25,992 nt of DNA. Source: a virus (Duplodnaviria > Caudoviricetes). Below, piece after piece: positions 7,790 to 17,149 of the stretch. Each line of letters opens with the position of its first letter. The first letter of the stretch is position 1. The stretch lies in the IMG/VR virus record IMGVR_UViG_3300020074_000107, positions 1 to 25,992 of that record, one strand, 5' to 3'. A program made the position numbers and the translations under genes. Below the pieces are notes generated by a model, which was not told where the DNA came from, did not search any database, and saw nothing but the letters and a program-made list of their open reading frames with translations.

Positions 7790-8602
7790 ATGGGGGTTAG
7801 ATTGAAAAGATTTACAGGTAAAGTAAAACCATTCTTTAGTTTAGACGGTTTAGGCATCACCATAAAGTATGGTGAAGTCGTTTGTCTCGAAGATTGGCAA
7901 ATCAACCACCCTAGCTTCAAATTTGCGGATAATAATGGATGGGTGGTTTCAGTCGATAGAAGAACACTCGTATTCAACCCTGTGCCCTCTCAGCAAAGTT
8001 CTCAAACACCTAAAAAAGAAGTCAAAAAAAGTATCTCTTCACCTATAGATTTACCTGAGAAAGGTTTAGACCCTTCTATTATTCATCAAATTTTAGAAAA
8101 ACAGGATGTGTTTGTGAAGCAAGCGCAAAAAACGATTGATAGGCTGAGTAAAAAAGAACCGGAAGCGCCATCCGTATCTCCTGAATTGATTAACACGCTC
8201 ATCGAAAACCAGAAAAAGATGATGGAGATGCTTTTAGCCAAAGAAACGGTCAAGCCTACCCCACCGCCGAGCGACCAAACTCCTGTTTTACAGGCTTTGA
8301 AATTACTCACTAACGAAGTCAAAAGACTTCAAGAATCAAAATCGACCGAGCCTGCACTTGACACAAACCAGCTTTTAGAAGGTGTGAAGCAAGTAATATC
8401 CCAATATTCCCCATCACAATCCTATAATGATAAGAAAAAAGATTCGAGCGGGTTTCAGATTCAAGATAATTTTGAAGAAAAATTTGTACCTAAAGTCGAA
8501 GATTTTGATGTTAAAAACTCTAAAATTGTTGCTCAAGAACAGGATTCAGGTAGCGTAGAAGAAGCACTTGCAGCTCTTCGTAAACTGAAAGGGAAAAAAT
8601 AA
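7790..8602 (+). CDS. Coiled-coil protein with C-terminal amphipathic helix; putative partner of the actin homologue
   Basis: Small N-terminal globular region, then short helical segments separated by Pro/Ser linkers, ending SVEEALAALRKLKGKK. The stop abuts the next ATG. Confidence 0.8.
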   Translation: MGVRLKRFTGKVKPFFSLDGLGITIKYGEVVCLEDWQINHPSFKFADNNGWVVSVDRRTLVFNPVPSQQSSQTPKKEVKKSISSPIDLPEKGLDPSIIHQILEKQDVFVKQAQKTIDRLSKKEPEAPSVSPELINTLIENQKKMMEMLLAKETVKPTPPPSDQTPVLQALKLLTNEVKRLQESKSTEPALDTNQLLEGVKQVISQYSPSQSYNDKKKDSSGFQIQDNFEEKFVPKVEDFDVKNSKIVAQEQDSGSVEEALAALRKLKGKK

Positions 8603-9649
8603 ATGGAACAAATGCAAAATCAAAAAGTACCCGCGAGCCCACTTGCGAAAGACAGAAAGTTTCTTGTCCGAGGTTTAGACATCGGAACTGGAACAATTAT
8701 TGCATCTTACTTAGATGAATTAAGCAACACTGTAAAAAGCAAGCGAGTACGGGATGCATTCGTTTCTCTAGCCGTTGAGCAGAAGCAAATGTTGAAATTG
8801 TCGAATATTTCTTACATCGAAGAAGGTGATCGGGTGATCATCGTCAGCGATGATGCTGCAAATATCGCAAATATCTTCAATCAACCTCTTCGAAGACCTT
8901 TAAGCAAGGGGACTATTTCACCTTCGGAAATTGAAGCGCAAAAAGTAATCAAACATCTCTTCAGAGAAGTTCTCGGTGAGGCTTCTGTTCAAGGAAGTGT
9001 TTGTGTGTACTCGATTCCTGCAAACCCTCTCGATGCTGATCAAGATGTCACTTTTCATGAAATGATCATGGGTCAGATGTTAGAATCTTTGGGTTGGAAA
9101 GCGGTTGCTGCGAACGAGGCACAAGCTATCGTATATTCAGAATGTGCAGACACGATGTTCAGCGGTTTCGCTATGAGCTTCGGGGCAGGTATGGTTAACT
9201 GCTCCCTGAGCTATAAGTCTCTTCCTTTGATCACGATGTCGGTTGCGCGCTCAGGGGATTATGTGGATGAACAATCCGCTAAAGCTACAGGACTCTCCCC
9301 TGCAAAAACATGCGCTATCAAAGAGAAAGGTGTGGACTTGCTTGCACCGAAAGGTCGCGAACAAGAGGCTATCGCGGTTTATTACAAAGCTCTTATCAAA
9401 TACGCCCTCACAAATTTCATCGAAAAAATTAAATCTCAAAACGTGATGGCTCAAATTGATCTACCAGATTCAATTCCGGTTGTAGTAGGCGGTGGTACAT
9501 CATTACCTACAAACTTTTTGGCTGTCGTGAAAGAAGAAGTGAATCGATTAAAAGGGTTCCCTTTCTCCGTGACAGATATCCGACATGCCAAAGATCCTCT
9601 CTACGCTGTTTCGAGAGGTTTGTTGATCATGGCTCAAAATCACGAGTGA
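8603..9649 (+). CDS. Actin-fold ATPase (volactin-like actin homologue)
   Basis: Phosphate-1 GLDIGTGT, connect NEAQA, phosphate-2 SFGAGMVN, adenosine VVGGGTS, and C-terminal DPLYAVSRG. ANIFN..RRP and ARSGDYVDEQ.A.ATG match my recollection of the volactin family. Confidence 0.85.
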   Translation: MEQMQNQKVPASPLAKDRKFLVRGLDIGTGTIIASYLDELSNTVKSKRVRDAFVSLAVEQKQMLKLSNISYIEEGDRVIIVSDDAANIANIFNQPLRRPLSKGTISPSEIEAQKVIKHLFREVLGEASVQGSVCVYSIPANPLDADQDVTFHEMIMGQMLESLGWKAVAANEAQAIVYSECADTMFSGFAMSFGAGMVNCSLSYKSLPLITMSVARSGDYVDEQSAKATGLSPAKTCAIKEKGVDLLAPKGREQEAIAVYYKALIKYALTNFIEKIKSQNVMAQIDLPDSIPVVVGGGTSLPTNFLAVVKEEVNRLKGFPFSVTDIRHAKDPLYAVSRGLLIMAQNHE

Positions 9650-9657
9650 GGGTTTAG

Positions 9658-11010
9658 TTGTATTACTATCTAAGCCGAGAAGTTAAAAGACGTTTCATTC
9701 ATGAGATGAAGGAAATCTTTAAGGAATACCCAGGTCTTCAAAAAATGAAGGTCACTGATAAATTTCCTTATCAAGAAAGACCTCAATACGGTCTCGTGGT
9801 AAAGAACATTTCAGGATCACCCATCCCTCTTGCGGGTGACAATTTCATCGGTACGGTAGTCAGTCATTGCTTCACTGCTAAATTAAAAGGAAAACGTGGT
9901 CTTATCTTGGATTGGGTTCGTGAGAACCCAAATCAAGTGACTATTCGCACAAAAGAAAATCTTTCATCTGAAGTTACGGGGTCGGAAAGGGAATTCTCGC
10001 TTGCCCATTTTCCAACTTTAGGTAATCAAAATATTACCCCCGCCAGTCAAGGTGACAGAGTTGTTGATGTACTCGTGAATGGGAAATCTTATCTCGTTCC
10101 GATTTCTTATCAAGATAAGAAAATTCTATTACCTTTTCCTCCCCCGATTGGTTCGGAGGTTATTGCTGAGTATTACAGAAGGGGTCTCGCTGAACAAGGT
10201 CTTTATTACATTGAAGTTACCGAAACTCAACGCGGTTCAGCCACCGTTATGGTGGATACTCTAGTTGATTACGAAAGTGATATTATTTTAAACGCTGTAG
10301 GTAACGAAAAGACGTTTACCCTACCACATCATCCTATTCACGACAAAACATTCAATCTGTTTGAAAACAACAAATACTTGATGGTTGAAAATCTTCATTA
10401 TACGTTGGATAAAACCAACGGTGTTCTGACATTTCTGCCGAACCCAGAAGATAAATCCCAAACGCTTAGACCTAAGTCTAAATACAAAGTGCAGTATCGT
10501 CACCAAGGACCATCCTACGGACCTTTTACAGTCAAACCCCTAATCTCATCTGAAGATATCATACCCGGTGTCACTTTAGCCTTTTCTAATTGGTTAGAGG
10601 CTGGAGATAAACAAGTCGTTATTGTGAATGAAGATCGTGAAAGCGTTTCTCACGAGTACGGTGGTCATTTCGATGTGACCTTGAATTTGGATATTTATAG
10701 CAGAGACCCTATTCAAAGAGAGTTGATAGCTGATTTGTTAGCTGTGAAAGTTTTCGGTGAAATAAAACCTCGGTTCGATTCTCAGGGTCTGACAATCATG
10801 TCTGTATCATTGAATGGTGAATCCGAAGATGTTTATGATGAAAACACGGACACTGTTTATTACATGGCGGGCATGGATATCAGTTTTAACACCGATTGGC
10901 GATTGTATGCACCTATAATTCCAAAGGTGAAATCCTTCTACACAGATGTAGAGGTGGTTCAATCCTTAAACGATTTTAAGGTTAATTTCTCCAGAGGTGA
11001 GGGCATCTGA
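9658..11010 (+). CDS. Putative tail terminator/completion-like structural protein with inserted beta modules
   Basis: TTG start with RBS GAGGG. C-terminal DVTLNLDIYSRDPIQRELIADLL is typical of tail-completion folds. It lies just upstream of the sheath gene. Confidence 0.6.
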   Translation: MYYYLSREVKRRFIHEMKEIFKEYPGLQKMKVTDKFPYQERPQYGLVVKNISGSPIPLAGDNFIGTVVSHCFTAKLKGKRGLILDWVRENPNQVTIRTKENLSSEVTGSEREFSLAHFPTLGNQNITPASQGDRVVDVLVNGKSYLVPISYQDKKILLPFPPPIGSEVIAEYYRRGLAEQGLYYIEVTETQRGSATVMVDTLVDYESDIILNAVGNEKTFTLPHHPIHDKTFNLFENNKYLMVENLHYTLDKTNGVLTFLPNPEDKSQTLRPKSKYKVQYRHQGPSYGPFTVKPLISSEDIIPGVTLAFSNWLEAGDKQVVIVNEDRESVSHEYGGHFDVTLNLDIYSRDPIQRELIADLLAVKVFGEIKPRFDSQGLTIMSVSLNGESEDVYDENTDTVYYMAGMDISFNTDWRLYAPIIPKVKSFYTDVEVVQSLNDFKVNFSRGEGI

Positions 11011-11399
11011 TGCCAACATACGAATATTTTTGTGAGAAATGTTTGTTCTTATTTGAAGAAGCATTCAAAAAGTATGAGGATAATTACTCTCCCTGCCCAA
11101 AGTGCAAAGCTAAATCTGAGCGCAAACCCTCCGCACCTAGCATTTTTAGGTCTAATACAACACGCGAAAATATTGATGTGATTGTCGGAAGGGAATCCGA
11201 GAAGCGGTGGGCAGATATCAAGCAAAGGCAAGAACAAAAAGAGAACATCCGAAAAGAAGCGGGTCAACAAGCCCTTAGCGTTGAACATAAGTCTGACAGC
11301 GGTAAAATAACCTACGAATACAAACCTGTTAATAAGGAACGGATTGCGGAGCGTAAAACCCTCTACTCAGAGTATGAAAACTCTAAGAAAAAATCGTAA
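11010..11399 (+). CDS. FmdB-family zinc-ribbon protein
   Basis: MPTYEYFCEKC...CPKC...RK.S signature. TGATG coupling with the upstream gene. Confidence 0.88.
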   Translation: MPTYEYFCEKCLFLFEEAFKKYEDNYSPCPKCKAKSERKPSAPSIFRSNTTRENIDVIVGRESEKRWADIKQRQEQKENIRKEAGQQALSVEHKSDSGKITYEYKPVNKERIAERKTLYSEYENSKKKS

Positions 11400-11469
11400 T
11401 CCCCCGATATTTACATCAAATAAATTTTATAAATTATTAAGATCTCAATAACTAAATGGGGGTTCTACC

Positions 11470-14220
11470 ATGAGTATTTTCAGTACCTACGCGCCACCTG
11501 GTGTATATGTTCAAACTTTAAATGATGCGACTGCGGTTAATATTGTCGCAGGTCTTCGTATGCCGTTGTTCATCGGTGTTGGACAAGAATATATCACTCT
11601 AAGCAATTTCGAAATCATCCGTGGTTCTTCTGCCACTTCAGATATTCGTATGCTTGGTGAAGATGTAAGTTCACAATTCACAGGAACAAATAGACAATTT
11701 AATGTTGCAAACTACCCAATCGTTGATGGTTCAGGTCGCGGATCTACTACTTTTGATCCTAATGCTTTGACCGTTACTATCGATGATCAACCTACAGGTG
11801 TTATCGCGGTTGATGGGTTAACTGGACTGGTTACTCTCGGTACAATTCCACCGATCGGTGCTGTTGTAAAAGTTAGCTATTTCTTTAGCCGTAAAGATTT
11901 GAAAATTTCCGATGAAGATTTGAGCTATCAAGCCGATGGTTCGAACACGAATTTCAAGGTGAATAAGACACCAATCGTGAGCGGTAACAATGGTGGTGCG
12001 ATTACCACAACTCCATCTAATGTAATTGTAAAAGTTGATGGATTGACTGTACAAGTTTCAGCCGTCAACGGTATGGATGGGGTCATCACTCTTGCTTCAG
12101 CCCCCGCTGATGGTTCTGAAGTGTTGGTGACCTACTACACGAACACATTCCAAGACACTTTTGACTACTTGCCTCAAGATGTAAATATCTTGAAAGTGAG
12201 TTCTGTCGGAAACAGTCCTGCGAAACAAGATTACTATCTTGGACAAGATTTCGTTGTACAAAGTGGAAAAATCTTGTGGGGCTCAGCGTACGACATTCGG
12301 AACGGTTCAGCCGTCACAGGAAACGCTTTTGGCTCTGAGCAGATCTCAGCGACTCTTGTCGACAATGTTTTCCACATGAGACAAGCCGTAGGAACATCAA
12401 ACGGCTCAAACAAGAAATTCAAAATTCTTGAGACTCCAGTAGAAGGTGATGGTCGTGATGTTCCGACTGATGATGTTACAAAAGTTACAGTCTACGTTGG
12501 ATCTAGTGTTAGTGCAGCTAAAGCTGCCGGTCCTGTAGAAATCGTGGCTGTTAATGGTGTAGCTCAGGAAATCATTCTCAAAAATGCACCTGCTTCAGGT
12601 CAAAAAGTTTACGTCACGCAATATTACAACATCTTAACAGATGATGTTTTTACGGTCACTAACCGTGTTACATCAACGGGTGTCGTTACAGGTGAATATG
12701 ATGTTGTTAGCTCTAACGGCGGAGATTGTTTCGCTGCTGAATTCTCAATTGCAGACTCAACTGTAGCCGCTCCTGCTTTTGCAACCGAGGGTGTTCCATT
12801 CCCTAATGAAATCGCTGATGCGGTTACTATTCCAGGGTACAGCGTTGCAGAAGAAGTCACTTTAACTTTTACGAGCGCAACCGCTTACACCGTAAGTAGT
12901 AATTTGCTTTCAGGTGGTTCTTCTGGGACTGGATATTTGGATCAAACGTACGTTGATGAAACGACAGGTCTTCGGTTCACTATTGTGACTCCAAGCTCCT
13001 TTAATTTCGTTGCAGGTGATACTCTTGTTTGCAACGTCACTAAACAACAAGAAGTTGGTTCGGATGCTAAGAAAATCATTCCAGGTCTGAATATTGTGGT
13101 ATCGAATACTACTGGAGTTTCTGTCGGATCAACAGCCCTTGTTGAAACATTTAACAAGTCTGGTGCAGAGCCTTCTATCGGTGATTCGTACTATGTTACG
13201 TTTGACTATGAGAAGACAAACTACAAGCCTACCGTTTACACTAACTTCCGTGATGTATTAAACGATTTCGGACCTTTGAATCTTGAAAATCGAATTACTC
13301 TTGCTGCATATCTAGCATTCTTGCAAGGTACCCCTGCGATTGCAATCGCACAGGTTAAGAAAGCTCCAAATCAGCTTCAAGCAAACGATGGTGCTTTCTT
13401 GCAAGCGATGTCAGCACTTGAAAATCCGTTAGATGGAAATGTTCGTCCGAACATTTTGGTTCCGTTGACTACATCGGCTGTAGTGCTTCAGCAAGCTAAG
13501 AAACATTGTGAAAAAGTTTCTAGTGCTCGCTACGCTATGGAACGTACGTTGATTTTCGGTTTCGGAATCGGAACACTTCCAGAGACAGCTCAGGAATTTG
13601 CTAAAGGTCTTCGCTCTGAGCGTTGTCTCGGTGTATATCCTGATGGAGCCGTTGTCGCCCTAGAGGATGCTTTCGGTCGCGAAGTAGAGAATACCGTTGA
13701 TGGTAGTTTCCTTGCTGCGGCGATGGCAGGGTTAGCTTGTAATCCTGTTTTTGATGTAGCTACGCCGTTGACACGTAAATCTTTAACAGGATTCCGTCGT
13801 TTGTTTAGAAAGCTAGATGCTGTACAACAAAATCAAACCGCTGTCGCAGGTTTGACTGTTTTGACAGAAAATCAAGCATCCATCCAAATCCGTCAAGCAA
13901 TCACAACTGATCCTAGCAATGTTTTGACACGCGAACCTTCAGTGGTGTTCATCAAGGATGAAATTCAACAGTTGACTCGATCGATTCTCGATCCATTTAT
14001 CGGTGAAAAATTCTTGGGAAGTCGTTTGACTGATATCGAAAGCGCGTTAGCGGCTATGTTCAAGGCTCAGATTCAGGCTCAAAAGATCACAGCTTTCACT
14101 GGAGTAAAAGCCACAGCAAGAGCGACGGATCCAACCGTTGCTGATGTTGTAGCTTTCTACAGTCCTGTGTTCCCTTTGAACTGGATTCAGGTCACCTATA
14201 CTCTAAGAACTCAGCTCTAA
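11470..14220 (+). CDS. Contractile tail sheath protein (916 aa) with N-terminal inserted repeats
   Basis: N-terminal Y..PGVYV motif and sheath-type C-terminal domain (LAAAMAGL, PLTRKSL.GF, IRQAITT, FIGEK, F.PVFPLNWI.VTY). Confidence 0.92.
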   Translation: MSIFSTYAPPGVYVQTLNDATAVNIVAGLRMPLFIGVGQEYITLSNFEIIRGSSATSDIRMLGEDVSSQFTGTNRQFNVANYPIVDGSGRGSTTFDPNALTVTIDDQPTGVIAVDGLTGLVTLGTIPPIGAVVKVSYFFSRKDLKISDEDLSYQADGSNTNFKVNKTPIVSGNNGGAITTTPSNVIVKVDGLTVQVSAVNGMDGVITLASAPADGSEVLVTYYTNTFQDTFDYLPQDVNILKVSSVGNSPAKQDYYLGQDFVVQSGKILWGSAYDIRNGSAVTGNAFGSEQISATLVDNVFHMRQAVGTSNGSNKKFKILETPVEGDGRDVPTDDVTKVTVYVGSSVSAAKAAGPVEIVAVNGVAQEIILKNAPASGQKVYVTQYYNILTDDVFTVTNRVTSTGVVTGEYDVVSSNGGDCFAAEFSIADSTVAAPAFATEGVPFPNEIADAVTIPGYSVAEEVTLTFTSATAYTVSSNLLSGGSSGTGYLDQTYVDETTGLRFTIVTPSSFNFVAGDTLVCNVTKQQEVGSDAKKIIPGLNIVVSNTTGVSVGSTALVETFNKSGAEPSIGDSYYVTFDYEKTNYKPTVYTNFRDVLNDFGPLNLENRITLAAYLAFLQGTPAIAIAQVKKAPNQLQANDGAFLQAMSALENPLDGNVRPNILVPLTTSAVVLQQAKKHCEKVSSARYAMERTLIFGFGIGTLPETAQEFAKGLRSERCLGVYPDGAVVALEDAFGREVENTVDGSFLAAAMAGLACNPVFDVATPLTRKSLTGFRRLFRKLDAVQQNQTAVAGLTVLTENQASIQIRQAITTDPSNVLTREPSVVFIKDEIQQLTRSILDPFIGEKFLGSRLTDIESALAAMFKAQIQAQKITAFTGVKATARATDPTVADVVAFYSPVFPLNWIQVTYTLRTQL

Positions 14221-14224
14221 GCTA

Positions 14225-14249
14225 AGTTATCTGGTTTTATCGGATAACT
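14225..14249 (+). other. RNA hairpin immediately after the sheath stop codon
   Basis: AGTTATCTGGT-ttt-ATCGGATAACT forms 11 bp including 2 G-U pairs. Confidence 0.6.
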
Positions 14250-14262
14250 GAATATGAGTATC

Positions 14263-14298
14263 AAAACCCCCTCTACGACCTAGAGGGGGTTTTCTTTT
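14263..14298 (+). terminator. Rho-independent terminator after the tail sheath gene
   Basis: Perfect inverted repeat AAAACCCCCTCTA-cgacc-TAGAGGGGGTTTT followed by CTTTT. Confidence 0.9.
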
Positions 14299-14315
14299 AA
14301 TTTATTAGGTTTTTG

Positions 14316-14789
14316 ATGATCTCTATTTATGTAAAACCGATCCTAAAAGGGGTCAAAGGAAATTTAGCAAACGCTCTTCTCGGGCGTTTGAAATACAATC
14401 TTGCGAGAGCAGGAAAAAAATATATCAGCGAAGCGAGTAAAAAATCATTCAAAGGTAAAGGAAATAGAATTCGCAAAGGTATTTTTTATACAATAGGTCA
14501 GAAAAGTATTACGTTCCATTTGACGGCTATTGGTGTTTTTCACAATGCAGGTGTGCGTAAACATAAAATGAAATATCTTATGCAAGCAAAAAGACCAATT
14601 CCTATAAAATTGAAGAGTGGTGAAGTGATATTTCGCTGGGCTAGTGCTAAATCGATGAAAAAGAAAAATTCATGGACACATCCGGGTATTAAACCTAAAA
14701 AATTCGTAGAAGCTGGTATAAAAAAACTTAAAGATGAATTTCGAGAGCGGATTCTAAGTGAATCTTCGAAATACATTCGAGGTAAATAA
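14316..14789 (+). CDS. Basic virion morphogenesis/neck protein (HK97 gp10-like)
   Basis: Very basic, with C-terminal HPGIKPKKFVEAG motif typical of gp10-like proteins. Structural gene context. Confidence 0.6.
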   Translation: MISIYVKPILKGVKGNLANALLGRLKYNLARAGKKYISEASKKSFKGKGNRIRKGIFYTIGQKSITFHLTAIGVFHNAGVRKHKMKYLMQAKRPIPIKLKSGEVIFRWASAKSMKKKNSWTHPGIKPKKFVEAGIKKLKDEFRERILSESSKYIRGK

Positions 14790-15937
14790 TGGATCTGAAG
14801 ATACAAAATCTAGCTAACTCATTCAAAAAAGATTTGAGATTATTTGCTCAAATCAGCGGCTCAAGTTTGATTTTATATCCTTCTCGGTGTGATTACCAAG
14901 GGCGTTCTTTTCATACTGTTTTTTATGGGGATATATTTTCTAAATTCCCTAGAAATTCATCCGAGCAATACGAGCAAGGATTAACAACCATAGATTTTCT
15001 GAACGGTACTATCACAGGGACGGATTCTGTCTCACCTGATTTTTCACCGATTAGCCCTTCTTCAGGTCAAGCGATTGTCGGAATCGTTACAATCGATAAG
15101 GATGATCGAATTTACATAAGAAATAACTCCTCAAAGTCGATAGCCGCTGCGACCTTTGATTTTGAAAACGGAATTTTTCCTGTTCAAAAAGGAAAAATCC
15201 CTCTTTACGGTTTTCTGATCACAAATTCAGGTTCAGTAGCACTCAGTAGAATCTCAGACATTCGTCCGGATTTAGGAAACATTCCATTCGATACATCGGA
15301 TGTCATTTATACTGATTCAGACAATTTTTCAGTAGGGTCTATTTTTCGAGAGTACCTGCACGATAACGCTTTACTAGGTTCATCAGAAATAAAAATAAAA
15401 TCAACAAAACTGAAACGAGGGAACAGTATATCGATTCAATCTTCGACAACTTCTCCCCAAATCATAACTGTTTTATCTGTAGCCTATGGATCTTCTTTTG
15501 ACACCGTAACTCTTGATCAAAGTCTGAATACATCGGTTTCATTGACAGGTAATGCATTTATCACGATGAATTCTTTTTCTGATGTATCTCAGGTTTTCAA
15601 CGCTTCCTCTGGAAAAATACTTTACGACTCTAACTGGAGATCTTGTTCTACAGGTGTTGTCGAAACCCTCACTCATAATTTAACTTTACCCTTGGGAACT
15701 TACATTCCATATATTTATTTTAATACGACTCAAAGTATGGTGAATGCAAAAATACTGACTAGCAACGCTTGGGGCACTTCATTTGCAACCAAGATTGGGG
15801 CTCAATTAAAAATCACCTCAACTACTGCGAATGTGAGATTTGCAAGCACAGGAATCATAAACGTCATAAGTTCTACTGGGACAAACACGGGTGTTGTAAC
15901 AAGTGGGTTCTATCGCTTGGTCTTGTTAGGGAATTAA
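14789..15937 (+). CDS. Virion structural protein, fibre/baseplate appendage paralogue 1
   Basis: Ser/Thr- and beta-rich. Shares N- and C-terminal domains with the next two ORFs. TAATG coupling. Confidence 0.7.
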   Translation: MDLKIQNLANSFKKDLRLFAQISGSSLILYPSRCDYQGRSFHTVFYGDIFSKFPRNSSEQYEQGLTTIDFLNGTITGTDSVSPDFSPISPSSGQAIVGIVTIDKDDRIYIRNNSSKSIAAATFDFENGIFPVQKGKIPLYGFLITNSGSVALSRISDIRPDLGNIPFDTSDVIYTDSDNFSVGSIFREYLHDNALLGSSEIKIKSTKLKRGNSISIQSSTTSPQIITVLSVAYGSSFDTVTLDQSLNTSVSLTGNAFITMNSFSDVSQVFNASSGKILYDSNWRSCSTGVVETLTHNLTLPLGTYIPYIYFNTTQSMVNAKILTSNAWGTSFATKIGAQLKITSTTANVRFASTGIINVISSTGTNTGVVTSGFYRLVLLGN

Positions 15938-15938
15938 A

Positions 15939-17144
15939 ATGTCTAATATCAATGTGTTGTCGACAGATAAAAACAATTTCCGTGATCTCGGCAAGGGTGC
16001 ATCGTTTTTTGCTGAAGATAATCAAGTAAAAATTTTCATACCATCCGACTTCAGAATATTTTTTGAACAAGGTAATCCATCTCTTTTCCCTAAAGACTCT
16101 TCTGGAAATTATTCAGGTGGTGGGGTTATAATTCTAAATTTTCAGAATGGTAGTATTACAGGTAAAGATGATGCATCTCCGAATTTTACTCCTGTAATAC
16201 CCTCACCTGCTGTTTACGTTGCTGTGACAGTAGCTATCAACCGCAACAGTGAATTACTTATTTTTAAAGGTGCTGAAGGTAGCCTATCTGATGTCATAAA
16301 CGGTGTCTTAAATTCATCGACTACCTATGTGGGTAAACAACCTGTAAATACGATTCGAATTTTTACGGTGGTGCTCACATCTACCGATGGGGTAAATGTA
16401 TCAAGCATATCAAAAGACCTTATTTTTTCATATTTGAATTGCTTGAATTTTAACATACCTGCGAGTCGAGTAAATTATACTGCTTTTGGAACAACGGCTG
16501 CCTTTGCAAATAATACCATTTCAACAACGACAGATACGATTATAAAAGAACCTTTTTTAAACGATGTATTTTCGGGTGCCACCCAATATCAAACATCTCG
16601 AACATCCGTTAAAGTAGGGGACACAATCGAAATTGAACGTGTGTTAAATAATCAAATTCAAGCCACAACGGTAACAGTAACTAATGTCACTAATGGTCTC
16701 TTGAATGATACTGTAGAATTTACACCTCAATTAACGACACCTCACATTCTTGAGTTGAGACCTTTAGCTAAGGTTACAAACCCTACTGTAAATAATCTTT
16801 CTCTAGGTTTGTACCAGAAAAACAGAAGGATGGTTTTTGATTCAGGTTGGATCACCGTAAGTTTAGGTTCTACAGGATCCTTCTCTACAGCCGATCAAGG
16901 TTGGGTTTGTGATCCGATAAATACAAAACCTATGATTGTTTGGAACTCCACAAAAGATAGCAACAATGTTATCGTTTTATCTGATTCATTTCGTTCTGAT
17001 GCGGGACAAAGAATTGGAGTCCAAACAAACATAGGTGCATCTTTTATTCGATATGAAATAGGTCCATCAGGGGTGTTCTACAATTTAGAAACATCTCAAC
17101 TCGTTACAGATGGGTTTATAAGAATTTTCTTGAGAGAGGTTTGA
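15939..17144 (+). CDS. Virion structural protein, fibre/baseplate appendage paralogue 2
   Basis: FPKDSS..F.NG.ITG..SPNFTP..PS and FDSGW..GFIRI motifs shared with its neighbours. Confidence 0.7.
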   Translation: MSNINVLSTDKNNFRDLGKGASFFAEDNQVKIFIPSDFRIFFEQGNPSLFPKDSSGNYSGGGVIILNFQNGSITGKDDASPNFTPVIPSPAVYVAVTVAINRNSELLIFKGAEGSLSDVINGVLNSSTTYVGKQPVNTIRIFTVVLTSTDGVNVSSISKDLIFSYLNCLNFNIPASRVNYTAFGTTAAFANNTISTTTDTIIKEPFLNDVFSGATQYQTSRTSVKVGDTIEIERVLNNQIQATTVTVTNVTNGLLNDTVEFTPQLTTPHILELRPLAKVTNPTVNNLSLGLYQKNRRMVFDSGWITVSLGSTGSFSTADQGWVCDPINTKPMIVWNSTKDSNNVIVLSDSFRSDAGQRIGVQTNIGASFIRYEIGPSGVFYNLETSQLVTDGFIRIFLREV

Positions 17145-17149
17145 TCCGA

